NCBI GenBank assembly: GCA_030704615.1
Contig: CM060732.1
Span: forward strand, 7,936,001 to 8,000,000
DNA: 64,000 nucleotides
Direction of reading: 5' to 3'
Origin: Takakia lepidozioides
Lineage: Eukaryota > Plantae > Bryophyta
The notes beneath the pieces were generated by a model. That model did no database searches and had not been told where the DNA came from. It was given only the letters and a program-made list of their open reading frames with translations. The first letter of the stretch is position 1; each line of letters starts with the position of its first letter. This document shows positions 36,831 through 49,900 of this stretch, in pieces. The translations under genes were made by a program, and so were the position numbers.

Positions 36831-38841
36831 TAGTGGATTGCTGAAGTTCGAGAGATGCCAACGTATGCATCTTCTGCTCAGGCATTTGGAAGTCTACATA
36901 GACTCTACAGCTTTGTGCATTTTTGTAGTAGCACCAGATTAGATTATAGAACAGATCTTTGAACATTAAGTCACATTGTATTTGAATCGATGTTCCAATT
37001 TCAAATGTGCTTTCATGTGTCAATGCTGCTAGAGTTAGGCCCATGACTACGGTCATGTACACGACTACCTCCTATCCACAGAGCCTCCGCCACGTGCCAC
37101 TTTCACCCCTCAAGTTCGCCCATACTCGCGCCACGTACAGTATCTAGAGTGCGCCATGGAAGTCATATGTTCCAGTCATAACGATCACCCCCATCATGCA
37201 TAATTTGACTCCATGTGTCATGTCCGGTCTTTTCCACTTGTTGTCTTGGGGTTAATCTACAGAAGACGTATATGCTAGTCGTAAAGACCCTGTCGCCTTC
37301 CCTTTTACGTGACACGTGGCATATCCCTTCCGTTCCCTGTGAAGCTGACATGGATTCGCAGTCATTTACTACGGTCTTATCAATGATTATGATTAGGCGT
37401 CCCCATTGCCACGTCTACAGTGAGCTCCACGACTGGCAGATACGACTCTATGGCACTTACGACTCGACTCATTTGTCACAACTGACTGGGTTTATCTGAC
37501 TGGGTAGTCATGCAGTCATAAAAGGCTGATACGACTGGAAAATAGCAGACGTAAAAGCCGGGATCTGTTGTAGTGAACTTACATGTTTGTCTTCATTTTT
37601 TCTCTTCTCTATCTTCCACCGTTTTTAATTCTATAGAGTATAGATCCTAGTCTACTTCTTCCTCTTATATACAACTGCTCATATCCATTATACATGTCTC
37701 ATAGTGGCTCGTAGGATCTCTTGCGTCATTGCGACCTTCCATATCTCAAGAGAAGTATTGGACAAATGATATTCTTGCAGTGATAGATCAAACATGGTAT
37801 TCTGTTGACACGCAATTTTTATTTATGGTCCCTATACCACCCAAACTAACAAGATGTTGTATTAATTTGTGTTACTATATTTTCAATCCATATTCATCAA
37901 GTCAATAATTTTTGGCTGATTCTCAATATTTCATTGATGGAGAACTGAAAGTACAAGTAATAATCAGAACATAAAAACCAAGAAACTAGCGATGAACTTA
38001 TATATCAACGATGAACTTAAAGTAGTAGGAAGCACAAAATGGTCATATTGCATTAATATGGAATTATGATATCTAAGATCTAAAGAGAGATTCTATATTA
38101 CACAAATACAAGCCGCATAATATTTATACAATAAAATAAGCAGAGTTATGGTTTTTTTTTTAAATAAATAATGATACATAGTATACTCTATATTCTATAT
38201 ACTAACCGTTGAATGTAATAATCATGTATTAAAATCATATATATGTATATCGACGCTAGCCAAAGGTAGCGTCAAGAAGAACCTCTTCCCCATATGGGTA
38301 CTCTGTCCTTTTAGAGAGCTAGAGTTTGTCAGTCCAACTCTGTCCATAAGTGCTAGAGAGCTAGAGTTTTGCACGACATGGCCAGAAAACACAAGAACTC
38401 CAGATGCATCAATCAGATGCAACTCCATCGAAACGGGACAAAGGTTAACAATTTAATTTTTATTTCTATAATGTACATGACACATGTACCCCCCAATATT
38501 ATGTAGGTCATTTATACCAAGATGAAGTACTTATACAAACAAGCAACATCACAATATATATATATGTATATATATTGCAAATGACAACATGTCACTTGTA
38601 AATATTGTGTGCTTTTTCTTCATGGAGTTATTGTCTCCTCCACTAGACTACACAAAGCAATGCCCACCCACCTAAATCCCAAAAACAATGTTTATTTGCA
38701 CATGGAAGTACTAAAACCCAAAAGTAAATGAATGGGCGGGGTCTACCTATATCACATGGCTAGGAATGACATGCAGTTCAATTTAAAAACTCTTCTTCAA
38801 TTAATGTTACCTTATGGCCCTGTTTAGGTTAATTTTTTCCT

Positions 38842-39543
38842 ATAAATGACCAATATAATAATAGAAAACACATGTAAGAGTGAACACTGAATTGTGATAT
38901 TTCATATGCATTTAATAAGGCTGTTATAGGATAGATTTTAATTCAATCTCTACCCCTTTGTGATTTTTTAATTCATACGTTATAGTTCAACATTCTTAAA
39001 GACAAGGTCTCATCATATTTATATTATGCAAATGACCCTAAACCCTCTACGTATACGTGTATATATATATATATATATCAGAAATTAGGTTGTGCCAATC
39101 TGAACTAAGTTGTGCCAACAACCTGGCGCAGCCTCCCTTAGTGGCGCCACCAACCTTGTTGGCGCCGCCTGCCTTGTTGGCGCCACCTACGCTGTTGACG
39201 CCCATGTTGTCAACAAGTGATGTGAACAACTAAGTTGATTTGTCGAGGGACGTGGTCATACGGTATTCCTTCGCGTACCAAATGCCCGACAAATCAAAGA
39301 TGAAAGCATCTAAGCATAAATTTGAAGGATCTAATAGAGAATATTTGTTGAACAGGTGGGATGAAGACATGGGCATTTGGTATTCCAACGCATACCATTT
39401 GCCCACAAAATCAACCCCGGACAAAACATCTACAACCACTAGTGGTTGATTTGTCGAGGGTTGTAGATGATTTGTTGATGGTTGTAGATGATTTGTCGAG
39501 GGTTGTAGATGATAGTAAAATTGTCGAGCATTTGGTATTCCAT
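38842..39543 (-). repeat. Right long terminal inverted repeat
   Basis: Reverse complement of 16882-17729, with one ~120-bp deletion and fewer 21-bp units. Confidence 0.92.
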
Positions 39544-39905
39544 GGCAGTGCACGTGGGCCTTATGGGTGCGCTAGCATAGCTGGCCTTCTAGGTACATAC
39601 ATACTTGGATTATTATCTGGTACCCACTTGGGGCACAGCAGTGCCTGCTCTGTACCATTATCGTGACACCTGAGGGAATTGTATACTGCATGCTGTTGGG
39701 AAGGTCATGATTTCATTCTCAATTGATCACTCAAATGCGTGGAGGATCAGTTGCTGGGTAAACATGTAAGTGCATCTCCCACCTTATGCTCTCTCTTTCT
39801 CTCTCCCGTTCTGTCTCTGGGTCTCTCCTTCCACAATCACATTCTGAGAAGTAAACTTTTTCTCTCTCTAACTTGTGAAAGGGCATGGCAGGCCCAAAAT
39901 CAGCC

Positions 39906-41557
39906 ATGTCGTACTTTGTTCCGCCCTGCAACTATGGGATGGTGGAGTATGATCTCAGTCGCTCGGGGCAGTGCCACCAGCTTAACTTTCCGTTTCTGGA
40001 GCGTCTCAATCTCAAGACGGTCATCTACCTCTCCCCGGATGATCCTTCCCAGCCTTTGTATGGTTTCCCCTATATAACCCTTGTTTCCGGACAAAGTATG
40101 CTGTTTCTGGGACTAACAGCCGAGGTGTTTGAGGGAAGGTCAATTAATGGTGGGAGTACCGGGTTTGCCAGGTTGATTTGTGGGCCACACTGCTTGCACT
40201 GGGTGGGTCCGTATGTTCTCTCTCCTGGGATCAAGCACTAGAAGGGTACTGAATTTTGTCAAGTTGAAGTGAAGTGCTTTTGGTGCCAAACCAGTGGGTT
40301 TAGGGTTCAGCTAAAGGCACTAGATGGTCCGCCATCGAGATGGAGTGTACTTACGTTTCAATCAGTTGGTGGATGTCAGCAATATTAAGCCACGAGCCTG
40401 TTTCAAATCCAGAATACTCTAGAAGTTACAAAGGATGTAGCTTGGCACCTTGTGCCATGCATTGAATTCCGAAGACCTTCTGCTGAAGATCAGGAGAAGT
40501 CTTTTTCACAGACTCAAAATGGTCCAGTTTGACCTTCAGTTGGTAATCACTAATACCTCGGCTACTGTGTTTCATGTCCTCTGATGTCAGTTTAAGTTTT
40601 TTGGACGACCAAGGGATCGATTTGATTAGGCCCTCTGGAGCCAACGAGGAGTCCAACTTAGATGCCAGCCCCATGTCTGAGGCAGAGGTCCTCTCTGCGT
40701 TACAGGTCATTTACATATCCATCACCTCTCCTTTTCCCACTCCAATGAGAAAGTCTTGGTGGAGAGAAGCTTCATATATATTCTCAGCTATTTATATTTT
40801 GATAATGCATATGTCATAATTCATGTGTCAATATGCACCCTACTCTGTGAGTTGCACATCCTATTCTGAGACCTGTGATGCTATCAAAACACTGGATGCA
40901 GGTCATTTTATCGCCACAGTACTATCCACTACATGTGATGTGCAACTTTGGACGCCATCGAACTGGTATGTGCATCTGAAGGGTCCTTGTGGTACAGTCA
41001 CATCATTGGTTTTCGCTTCCTTTTAGCTGCATTTTTTCTGAAGTCCCCCTGCCTTTTCCTCCCTTCTGGGGTCCTCTTCTCTGTTTCTCTGAGCTAATGG
41101 CAAGCCTCGATGGTGCTCTTGATGTGGACAGGCACCGTGATAGGTTGTCTGAGGAAGCTGCAGCGGTGGAACTTGACTGCCATATTTGAGGAGTATCGAC
41201 GTTATGCCGGCAGCAAGGTCCGCCTACTTAATGAGCAGGTACTCTTCCACTAGAACCAGCCACCAGTTTGCCCAATGGTTGGGATGCTTCTTTCCGTAGT
41301 TCAGCCAGTGAGGCTTTGAAGATCTTCAGATTCATAGACAACAATATTTACTCCAGGTTAGAAGGGATATACCTCGAGGAAGATCTATGGGCTCAGTGAT
41401 AGATTTAGGGGTGGTTGTATCTCTCTATATGCGCATGCTTTTGAGTCGGTCAAGTTGTTGTCAAATTTACTATCTTGGTGTCATTTGGCTGCAGTTCATT
41501 GAGCTTTTCGACACAGATCTTGTTCGTATTCCAGTGGACCACCCAGCATGGTTGTGA
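39906..41557 (+). CDS. OCA/SIW14-family (plant-fungal atypical dual-specificity) tyrosine phosphatase-like protein; 5 exons
   Basis: Exons 39906-40057, 40591-40705, 40902-40965, 41132-41238, 41495-41557: [68 protein letters not shown]. Confidence 0.92.
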
Positions 41558-42207
41558 GGCAAAGAGGCAGATCTGCATGGCCAGACAAAGGACTTGTACA
41601 TTCCCCATTCAGGTTTCCCCCTTTCTGGGGATTTCATTTCTGGCAGTTGGGGAGGCTGGAAGTTCGGGATTTTGCATGGTGTGCCAATGTCACAAAACTA
41701 TGTTGCAGACTTGTAAGGTAGATGAGTTGGGATTTAGAGCTGCCTCAGCTGCTGATACCTGTTCAAGGTAAGCCTATTAGTATATTGATGATAACCTTAT
41801 AGAGCGTCACTTAACAACACTCAGCTGGAAACATTTGCACCACCTACTAGTTACCTTATAGGATCCATGGCAATCATTATTGATCATCTTGAATGTCAGG
41901 GTGGGCATGGAGGACGCTCCGTGCTGTGGAATTGCTTATGGAGCTTATTGCAGATGAATTAACACTGACAGCTTGAGTACCGAGGTATGGACATTGTAAA
42001 CCAGTCCATCTGTTGAAAATGCTCAAGCTGTCAGTGGGGTCAGCTCCACTGATTTTGAAAGCCTGTGTCATCTGCAACAAGATTCATGTGCCTTGTCCAA
42101 ACATTTCTAAATTGTTGTTATCTTCAAGGCTTAAATGTTTTATGATTGTAGCAGTGTATGTGATTGATTTTATCTGTATTTCTGCAAAGGAAAGAATTGG
42201 TGTGAAT

Positions 42208-43833
42208 CTACCAGCTAATTGAGTTACTGTGCAACTGCGCAGGCAAACATGAGGCCAAGGGATAGAGAACAGTGGCGCTCCGCAAGAGGGGAAAGAAGTC
42301 GTGAAGGAGGGAGCATAATTCAATGGTTGCCGATCGTATCTCTTCTGGACCTGGCTGAGGGTCATCCTCCGGCTCTTCATTTCTGAACCCTTGACTTGGA
42401 CCCATCTTATGAGCCATTGCTTCTAGATTGATAGGCCATATCCCTGTCGTCATAAATCTTTTTTTTATGTTGTCCGAACTGAGGGCTTTGTTAAGAGATA
42501 ATGACACCCATTGAGCTAGATCTTCCTTCTTCGCTGTAGCTCCTTTATTAGCAGCTGCCCATACATCTCGAAATGCTCTAAAGTTTGTCTTGAATGACTT
42601 AAACACAGACACATCCAAGGGCTGCATGGCATGTGATGTGTGTGAAGGAAGTGTGAGGAGATCTAGGCCCACCTCCTTTGCTTTCTTGACGACATGAATA
42701 GTGACGTGTGAATTGTGTCCATCGATAATGAGCAGGTGCCGATTCTGTGGTGTGATGGCATTCCCGAGACGTTCAGCTGCTGTAATGAAGTGAGATATCC
42801 ACTTTGAGAACAAGAAGGAGGTCATCCAAGCCTTCGGTTGCATCACCATAGTTGCACCGCTCTCACAACGAATTATGTAATTCCGTCTGAACCTTTTGCC
42901 TTTGAAAATATAGAAATTTGGAATCTTTCCGCCACCTGCATTCATACATGACAGTACCAAGAGCCATTCCCTCTCGTCTGGTATAATTGAATGGACTCTT
43001 CTAGAACCCTTCTTGGCAATGACTAAAGCTCCTCCGTTCCTCCCTGCTTGAGCCCCTGATTCTTCGCAATTCCAATTCCTCTCTGGTGAATAGTTGTGTT
43101 TCCTGTATACTTCAACCAGGTTATCATAAAACGATTGGACATTGGCTGGACAAAGTCCCTTGGCATGTCCTGTTTCCAAGCCCTGGGAATGCCGCAAAGA
43201 AAGTTCTGGGTGCCTCTTTTTGAACCATCTAACCCCACCACACCCTCGGATACCGTCTTTGAATGGTGTTTGGCGTTCCTAGCAAATCTTTGCGACCTTC
43301 AAGCGCAACTGTGTTAACGTCCGCGGGTGCCCATACTCCTGCATCTTTATAATGTAATTTACCAGTTCAACTTCCTCTTTGTCTGTCAATGTCCCCTTGA
43401 TTCCCCGCTTTCTAGTTCTTGTTACTCCATATAAATAGTTTCGCAAGCTTGTCACAGGGACACCCCACTGCTTGCTTGCCTCTCGAATTGCCATTCTTGC
43501 CCCCACAACATTCATCGCCAATCTCAATGAGGAAATAGACACGAAAGTAAATATCCCATTATCTTTTGGTGGTCTTCCCTGAGCCCGGTTCTTCTTCAAA
43601 TGAGGAGCTCCGTGTGATCGTCTAGCAGATCTGGCAGCAGGTGCATCAATGGAGTCAGGTGTCACGTTTGCATTTTGTGTGCAGTCTAAATTCGGAATGG
43701 GAGTGGATACGGGATCGGGCATCGGTGGATTGTTAAGCCCGCAACTGTGAACTCCCTGTGCCATCAATTTCGAAACTTCCACCTTGCCCACACTGGATCT
43801 CAACACTCTCATATGGATTTTGCACCCACTCAT
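42208..43833 (-). mobile_element. pogo/Tigger-like (HTH_psq, CENP-B HTH, DDE_1) transposase, disrupted
   Basis: IREASKQWGVPVTSLR, LTDKEEVELVNYIIKM, WNCEESG, IIDGHNSH, QPLDVSVFK; broken near 43279; TIRs not found. Confidence 0.88.
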
Positions 43834-45594
43834 AATTTGCAGGATTATCTAACGAATCACTCCCTGAATCACTCAATTCACTATCGGGCTGATCGGTCGT
43901 CGTTGATCGCGGTATCTGTCGAATATGAATTTCCCTCCCATGGCACTCACGATCAGAATCACTACTCACAAACTGAACATTCTCATGATTACATCCCAAA
44001 TCACTATCAGAAATGCCCGGGTAGCATGGAATTTGTTCGCCATTTTGGTACCAACTGAACGTGAAAGCAAATGTGGATATTTCCCTCGAAAACTACATTT
44101 CGAAAATGGCCTGCCTCTGCAGTTATAGTGCTTAGTTTGAAATTCAAATTTGATCACAATCAATTCAACAACTAACCTAGTTTCATGCAATAAGTGACGG
44201 CGGCATGTTGTAAATGGGATCGAGGCATCCCGCTTAACTGTTTGGAGGCGTTCCCAAATCTGCCTTAATACCTCACTCGAACTGCGCAACAATATTTCAA
44301 ATATGAACCGCCAATAATTATTAAGGTTTCCACTCGCTGCTGTCATCATAATCGACCTTGATCTAAAAGAGGTGACTGCAATTACCATTGTAGCCCACCA
44401 CGTGATCTAAGCTGGACCACTTGTAAGATATGAGCCTTTCTAGCTTTGCATGTGGTTGGTTTTGTGTATTTATCTAAGGGTCCATTTTTAAAAGTGGTTT
44501 GAATTAGGTTCATCTACCTTCAGTACGATGAGAGGATGTGCTTGCATCATCTGCGGAAAGCTGCAAGAGTCTGGCATGTGTAGATTTGTCTTCAAGGTCT
44601 TTGAGTGGAATTTTTTCAACCGAATCTTTCAAGGACTCTTGTATTTTGTGTGTGCAGTCTTATACGTGTTTGATACCGGAGTGCTAGGGTTTCTTGGTGG
44701 ACAGCAGGTCATGCTGAGAGCGCCTATGGAGAGAGCGCCTATGGAGGGAATGGCACTTTTCAAGAGGAAGTGGAGAAATAAGGGTGCGACCCAGGGATAT
44801 AGGAAAAAGAAGAATCGGCAAGGAGGCCACGTTGCAGGACCTTACGATCCTCCACGACTCGCCTTCCTCCCGGCGGTGCATGGCGCTCACAAGCCTAACG
44901 TTTTGCTGCACAACACCCTTGTCAACGTGAGAAAAGATTCGCCTTCCTCCCTGGTCGTTTTCAAAGACCACTCTACTATTTCCAGACTACAAATTACATA
45001 AGCTGGGTTAGCATCTATGTAAGTCTGGACATGTTCTTTGTTCATCATCGTGTAGAGCCCAATGGAGCCCAAAACAACTTACATGAATGTTGTTGAAAGC
45101 TCACTAGCACCCCTCAGGACCTTGTCAAAATGTCGATGCTGTCGGATTTTCGAGCACAAACCTCGGAGCAGACCTCGGAGCACAGAGCAGACCTGGCATG
45201 AGTTCCTTAAAGCTCTTTCACGATGGTGGTACAACCGCGGAGTACGGAGCAGACCTGACATGAGTTTTTTAAAGATCCTTCACGATGTAGGGACAACTGC
45301 AATCGCAAGGTGTGGCTTTTTCTTAATGTACGAGGTGAAGAAGTTCGTCCATCATGCAAATGTGGGCTCTTGGCTCCTGTTAGTACCATGATTTGGTATT
45401 CTTCCTAATGTTTACAAGGTTCTTGGGAGATTCAGCTTGGTCTTAGCAGGCCGTGTTTCAATCTCTGCCCGCTCAGCTGCACCGTGGTGGTTCCCATAGA
45501 CCAATCCGACATTACCTGACTACAGACACAAGCAACACACACAAGAGGTCCTCTTGGGTTCATGGTCAGTTAAATCCTCCATGGGTCATGACAC

Positions 45595-45968
45595 AAGGTC
45601 GAGGACAATGCGGTGATGGCACCTTCTTCTTTGACCTATTTCAGCGTGTTTTGCCCTCTCATCAGACTCGGCCTTGAATTTGCATATTGATTTCTGTAAG
45701 TTAGCTCGTTGGGTGGATCTGTGGTGGTTTGGAGTGACTTTGACAAGTTACAGAGAGAAGCAGATGCAATCCAGAATTGGAACTACTGTAATAAGCAGGG
45801 TTGGGGTGTTTCCTGGAAAACCGAGGCAAAAAGGTGAATGTCTGTCAGATTATTAGATGTCCCCCTGCCCTGGTGGACATGTATGCCAAATGTGGGTGCA
45901 TCGAGGATGCTAAGGGAGTGTTCAACACTATGGCTGAACGAGATGTGGTGTCATGGAGTGCGATGCTT
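45595..45968 (+). pseudogene. PPR-derived module homologous to 31257-31370 and 31895-32000
   Basis: [34 protein letters not shown], plus shared non-coding upstream sequence. Confidence 0.8.
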
Positions 45969-46966
45969 ACTACAAATGGCTCGTTATGTTCCTCGGGCAC
46001 GTGCACTGTGCTCAAAGGAGATGACGATCTTGAACGTGCAGGACTTGCGGTGCTCGACGAGATCTCATCTGGCAACATCACGGGACCACGAGGGAGCGTG
46101 CGAATATTCTTGTCAGCTCGCCATGAATCCTCTTCTCCGCCATGTGTCTTGTCAAGTCTTTGTCTCACTAGACGGGTGTGAACATCTCCTTCCAAGTGTT
46201 GGCCTCTTCGAAGCAATGGCGTGTCTCGAAGGCCCTCTCGCAAGGCTGCCGCCCACTTCCGAGGATTGGGTATTTGTAGGATTGGGTGTCTCAGTTTTTA
46301 CGTAACATGGCAGTTTCTGCAGTGACCTCCATACATGGTTTTACCCATATTTGTTCAACAACTCAATATTTCATCTAAATTTATATGGTGTAGGGTTTCT
46401 AACTAGGTATGTGTACCAATTGTTAGATTGTAAAAACAATCATGTACCAGAGAGCCATGGACTTTTAAAGTTGATTACTGTGGACTGCAGATGTTACACA
46501 TAAAATCTTATGGACTAAAAAAACATCATGTACACTCATACAATGACACAAAGGAAAACACACTAGGGGTGCCATTTTTAAATCCAACCCAAATCCACTT
46601 TTATGTGGACTAATTATCTTAGGAATTGAGAGCTATGGACTATTTTGCACCTAAAAACAAGTTGATTTGCTCTAGTCCATAACATCTTATGTTTTGGGTT
46701 TTTGAGGTGTCTTCTTTTACTAAAAATGTATACAAACCTATAATCTAGAGGTGCTAGGTGGTATATAGACAAGTGGTTGTAAATTCTAGATTTTGATGTC
46801 TAAATGTTTTTTCAAATTATAGATTAAAATATCTAGTAAAGAATATTTTCAATCTTTGAGGAGGGACTCTTTACTAAAAATGTTATATATACTACTATCT
46901 TTTTTTTTTAAATAAACTGAAAGCAATAGATTCAAAAAACAAAAATTCCATGGACTTCCAATGGAC

Positions 46967-49900
46967 TCAACATGTGCTGCTTTTGATCCACCCAATCCTG
47001 CAACTACCCGATTCTTCGATCTGGAGGCAGTCCGTATCAGCATTTCCTGCCTGTCCGGTCCCAAGCCCCACTGTTTCCCTTTCAAGAACTCGTTGTACCT
47101 GCATTGCTGCATAATTGACCTCACAATGTCCTCCGTTGTGGCAGTGAGGATGTCCACCAGATGCGCCGCAGAGGAGGCACGCCAGGAAGAATGTACTGAT
47201 TCGGCCATGTTTGTTGTCGGCATGTCGGTGTCGGAGTCTAGACACATTTCCTGCACATGCACATACTGAGGTTACAAGCAAGTTACAAATAATGACTAGC
47301 ATAATATTCAACGGGACGCGAATTCGTCCAACTCACCTCCCGCATATAGTCGCCGAATCGGAGGAAACAATAATGCCACCATGCTAGCCAACTGACCATT
47401 GCTCCCTCGTCTGATTTCTTTACAGCACCTGACGTTGTCCACCAAACCCGTATACATGCAAACTGTGTCTCTGCATCATCCAAGGTGGGAGCACGCTTCC
47501 ACGCAAGACACATGGAACGGTGCTCCTCTCTGAAATCTGGCGCCACGAGCCGGGTTGTGTACTGCGACAAGCTCTGCAGAAAATGGAACCCACAAGATCT
47601 CTTCTTGCCTTCCATCGGAACATTGGGGTCTTCCCCGTACACCCTTCGGATGGCAGCCCAATTTGCTTGTGCGTTGTCGGCCATGAAACCACAGAAATTG
47701 GGCGAGGGCAATCCCGCCCTAGCCATCTGTTTGTTTATTCCCTGCCAAAGAAACATCTTTGATTGTGTGTCCTCCCCTTTCATCTCACAAATAGCAATTG
47801 TCATTAGTATCCTGCAGTGGGTGTCGTAGACATGTGCACCCATTGTCACCCACTGGTGATTTGTAATTTGCTTGATATGGTCGAACATGACCTAACTGTT
47901 TGACAAGTCCCCACTAATCATCCGATGGACCAGTTCCACGCCGCTGCCAGGCCCACACGTGGACATTTTGAATACGAAACAACGATCTGCCTCAGTCCCT
48001 TGTCCTGGAAACCTACTTCCATGAATGTAGTCATATCCACATCATCACTTCACCTCCAGAATGGAGTGCATATCCGAATCCAATGGTGGGAGTCTAGTTT
48101 GAAGTTCAGAATGGAGCAATGCTCAAGGAATGCTAGGGAGCTTGACAAGGTGATGGAGATGGTCCGCCTGCGCATTTGGGTAGTAAATGGCGATGGCCCG
48201 CAAGGGAATTCAATTTTACAAAAAAGAGTAGAAGACTCCGGCTTGAACCGGCGTAACTAAGAGCCACTTCGCCTTGCGGCTACTGCCCCTTTTCAGGGGT
48301 GGGCCCTATGTGAGAGCCGGTGTCTAGAGGACACCACTGGACAAGCAAAGGGAGTAGTACATGTGGCGCAAGGGGTACCAGGTGGTATCCATGGGGCCAT
48401 GGGGTACCCCATGGATACCGACAAGTACCCAGAGGCGCCCTGGGCACCTATGGGAGGGGAGGAGGGCTGGATTCGAGCTGGCGTTTGTTGGTGATGATAG
48501 CAGTGAGAGATTGATGTGCGGTGAGGTGTATGGCTTTGAAGCATTTGTGGATGGAAATGATAGGGATTTGGAAATTGTTTTGAAGGGCAGAGATGCTATT
48601 ATTATGGATGCCCCCTCTGGTGCCAGCAGTGATGACAGTAAGTGGGCCTGTGGCCCATCCCCGCCGTCGGATAGCAAGGATGAGTGGTGCATATTTTTGG
48701 CGTTTTTCGAGGATGGAGGAGCTGGGGAAGCGGACATTCTATGAAATGTATGGTGATGGTTGGGGATGGTACAGACGGTGGGGTAGCGTTAATGGGGAGG
48801 CCCTGGACTAGGAGGATGTCCGGGCATAGTCTCGCGGGACATGTGTATGACGTGTGAGGTTGGCATCTACAAGGAAGTAGCCATGTAGGTACCGTATGGT
48901 CCGGAGGCCGGCCTTGGTAGGTACCAGCATTGATGAGTGTAAACCATCTAGTTTCATTGCGTCGTAATAAGAGTTTATGGATATGCCATACGGCATGGTT
49001 ATGTCTAGCAATACGAAGTCCGTGAATGATGGGGTAGGGACATTCGCTAAGAAGATGGGGCCAGATATTGCGTGTGGCATGGATGTGGGAGCAGAGTGGG
49101 TAGTGAATAGGGTAGGCCAGAAGGTGTGTTTGCGTTGATGGCCCATGTACTGGGCGTATCTGAATTTAAGTGTTTTGTCGTATTTGTGCGTCAGATGCAG
49201 CTTTAGTATTCCAGAAGTGGTTTGATAATTTATGGTGAAGGCCAGTGGAGAGGGTCCATTTTTGGATATGTAGTTTGGTGTGGCTAAGAGAGGCTAAGGC
49301 TTGTTTGTTGGCTTCTTTAGTCAGGGTGGTAAGGAGGTTACGAATTGAACAGGGTTCTAGGGGGTCAGGTACCGGGTGAATTAGCCAAAAAGGGTGGGCA
49401 TGAGCAATGTGGATGGGGTCAGCCGACGGTTCTACTGGGGGTTTGGAGGCCCCCAGCTGGGCAAGGAGGTTTGCCTCCTCGTTGCCATTAATACCAGTAT
49501 GTGAACGAACTTTGAGAAAATGAATGGGTTTATCGATGGAGATGACGAGGTTAATAATAACAGAGATAAGGTTTCGATCGGGGTGGTGGTGGTGGGAGGA
49601 AGGGCAGGCAATGTGATTACAAAGTATAAAGAGTGAGTTGAGGCTATCCGTGAAGATATAGTATGGTGGCGGGAACGAAGCTAATTGTGATAGAGCTTCA
49701 AAAATAGCCATAAATTCGGCACGAAGTATGGTTGCGGGGCCTGGAAGTCGATGGGCGGTCCTATGGTTAGTGGCGGCATGGTAGACGCCATATCCGGCAT
49801 GGGAGCCAGATTGGGAGCCATCTGTGTAGTGTGAGTGGAGTGGGGGATATTTGGGGGAGGTAGGCCCCAGGTAAACCGGAGGGGCATCGTGGGAGGTTAC

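Larger units (their letters stand above)
28131..37575. mobile_element. 9.4-kb non-autonomous CACTA element carrying captured gene fragments (Pack-CACTA)
   Basis: TIRs CACTACAACAGATC(T/C)CGGCTTT at both ends; 3-bp flanks AAT/AAC; no CACTA transposase seen inside. Confidence 0.88.
16882..39543. mobile_element. Putative giant (22.6-kb) foldback/Mutator-like element or inverted-repeat-bounded composite with nested TEs
   Basis: Outward-facing long inverted repeats; GGCAG near both flanks but no clean TSD. Confidence 0.5.

Noticed and set aside
44528-45560. Host gene in short ORFs
   Set aside because: No recognisable domain or coherent exon chain; probably TE-derived.
48234-48306. Hammerhead or HDV-like ribozyme at the retroelement 3' end
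   Set aside because: The core reads CUGAAAA/GAAG (CUGUUAA in copy 1) rather than CUGANGA/GAAA, and no HDV L3/P1.1 is evident; kept only as a structured RNA.
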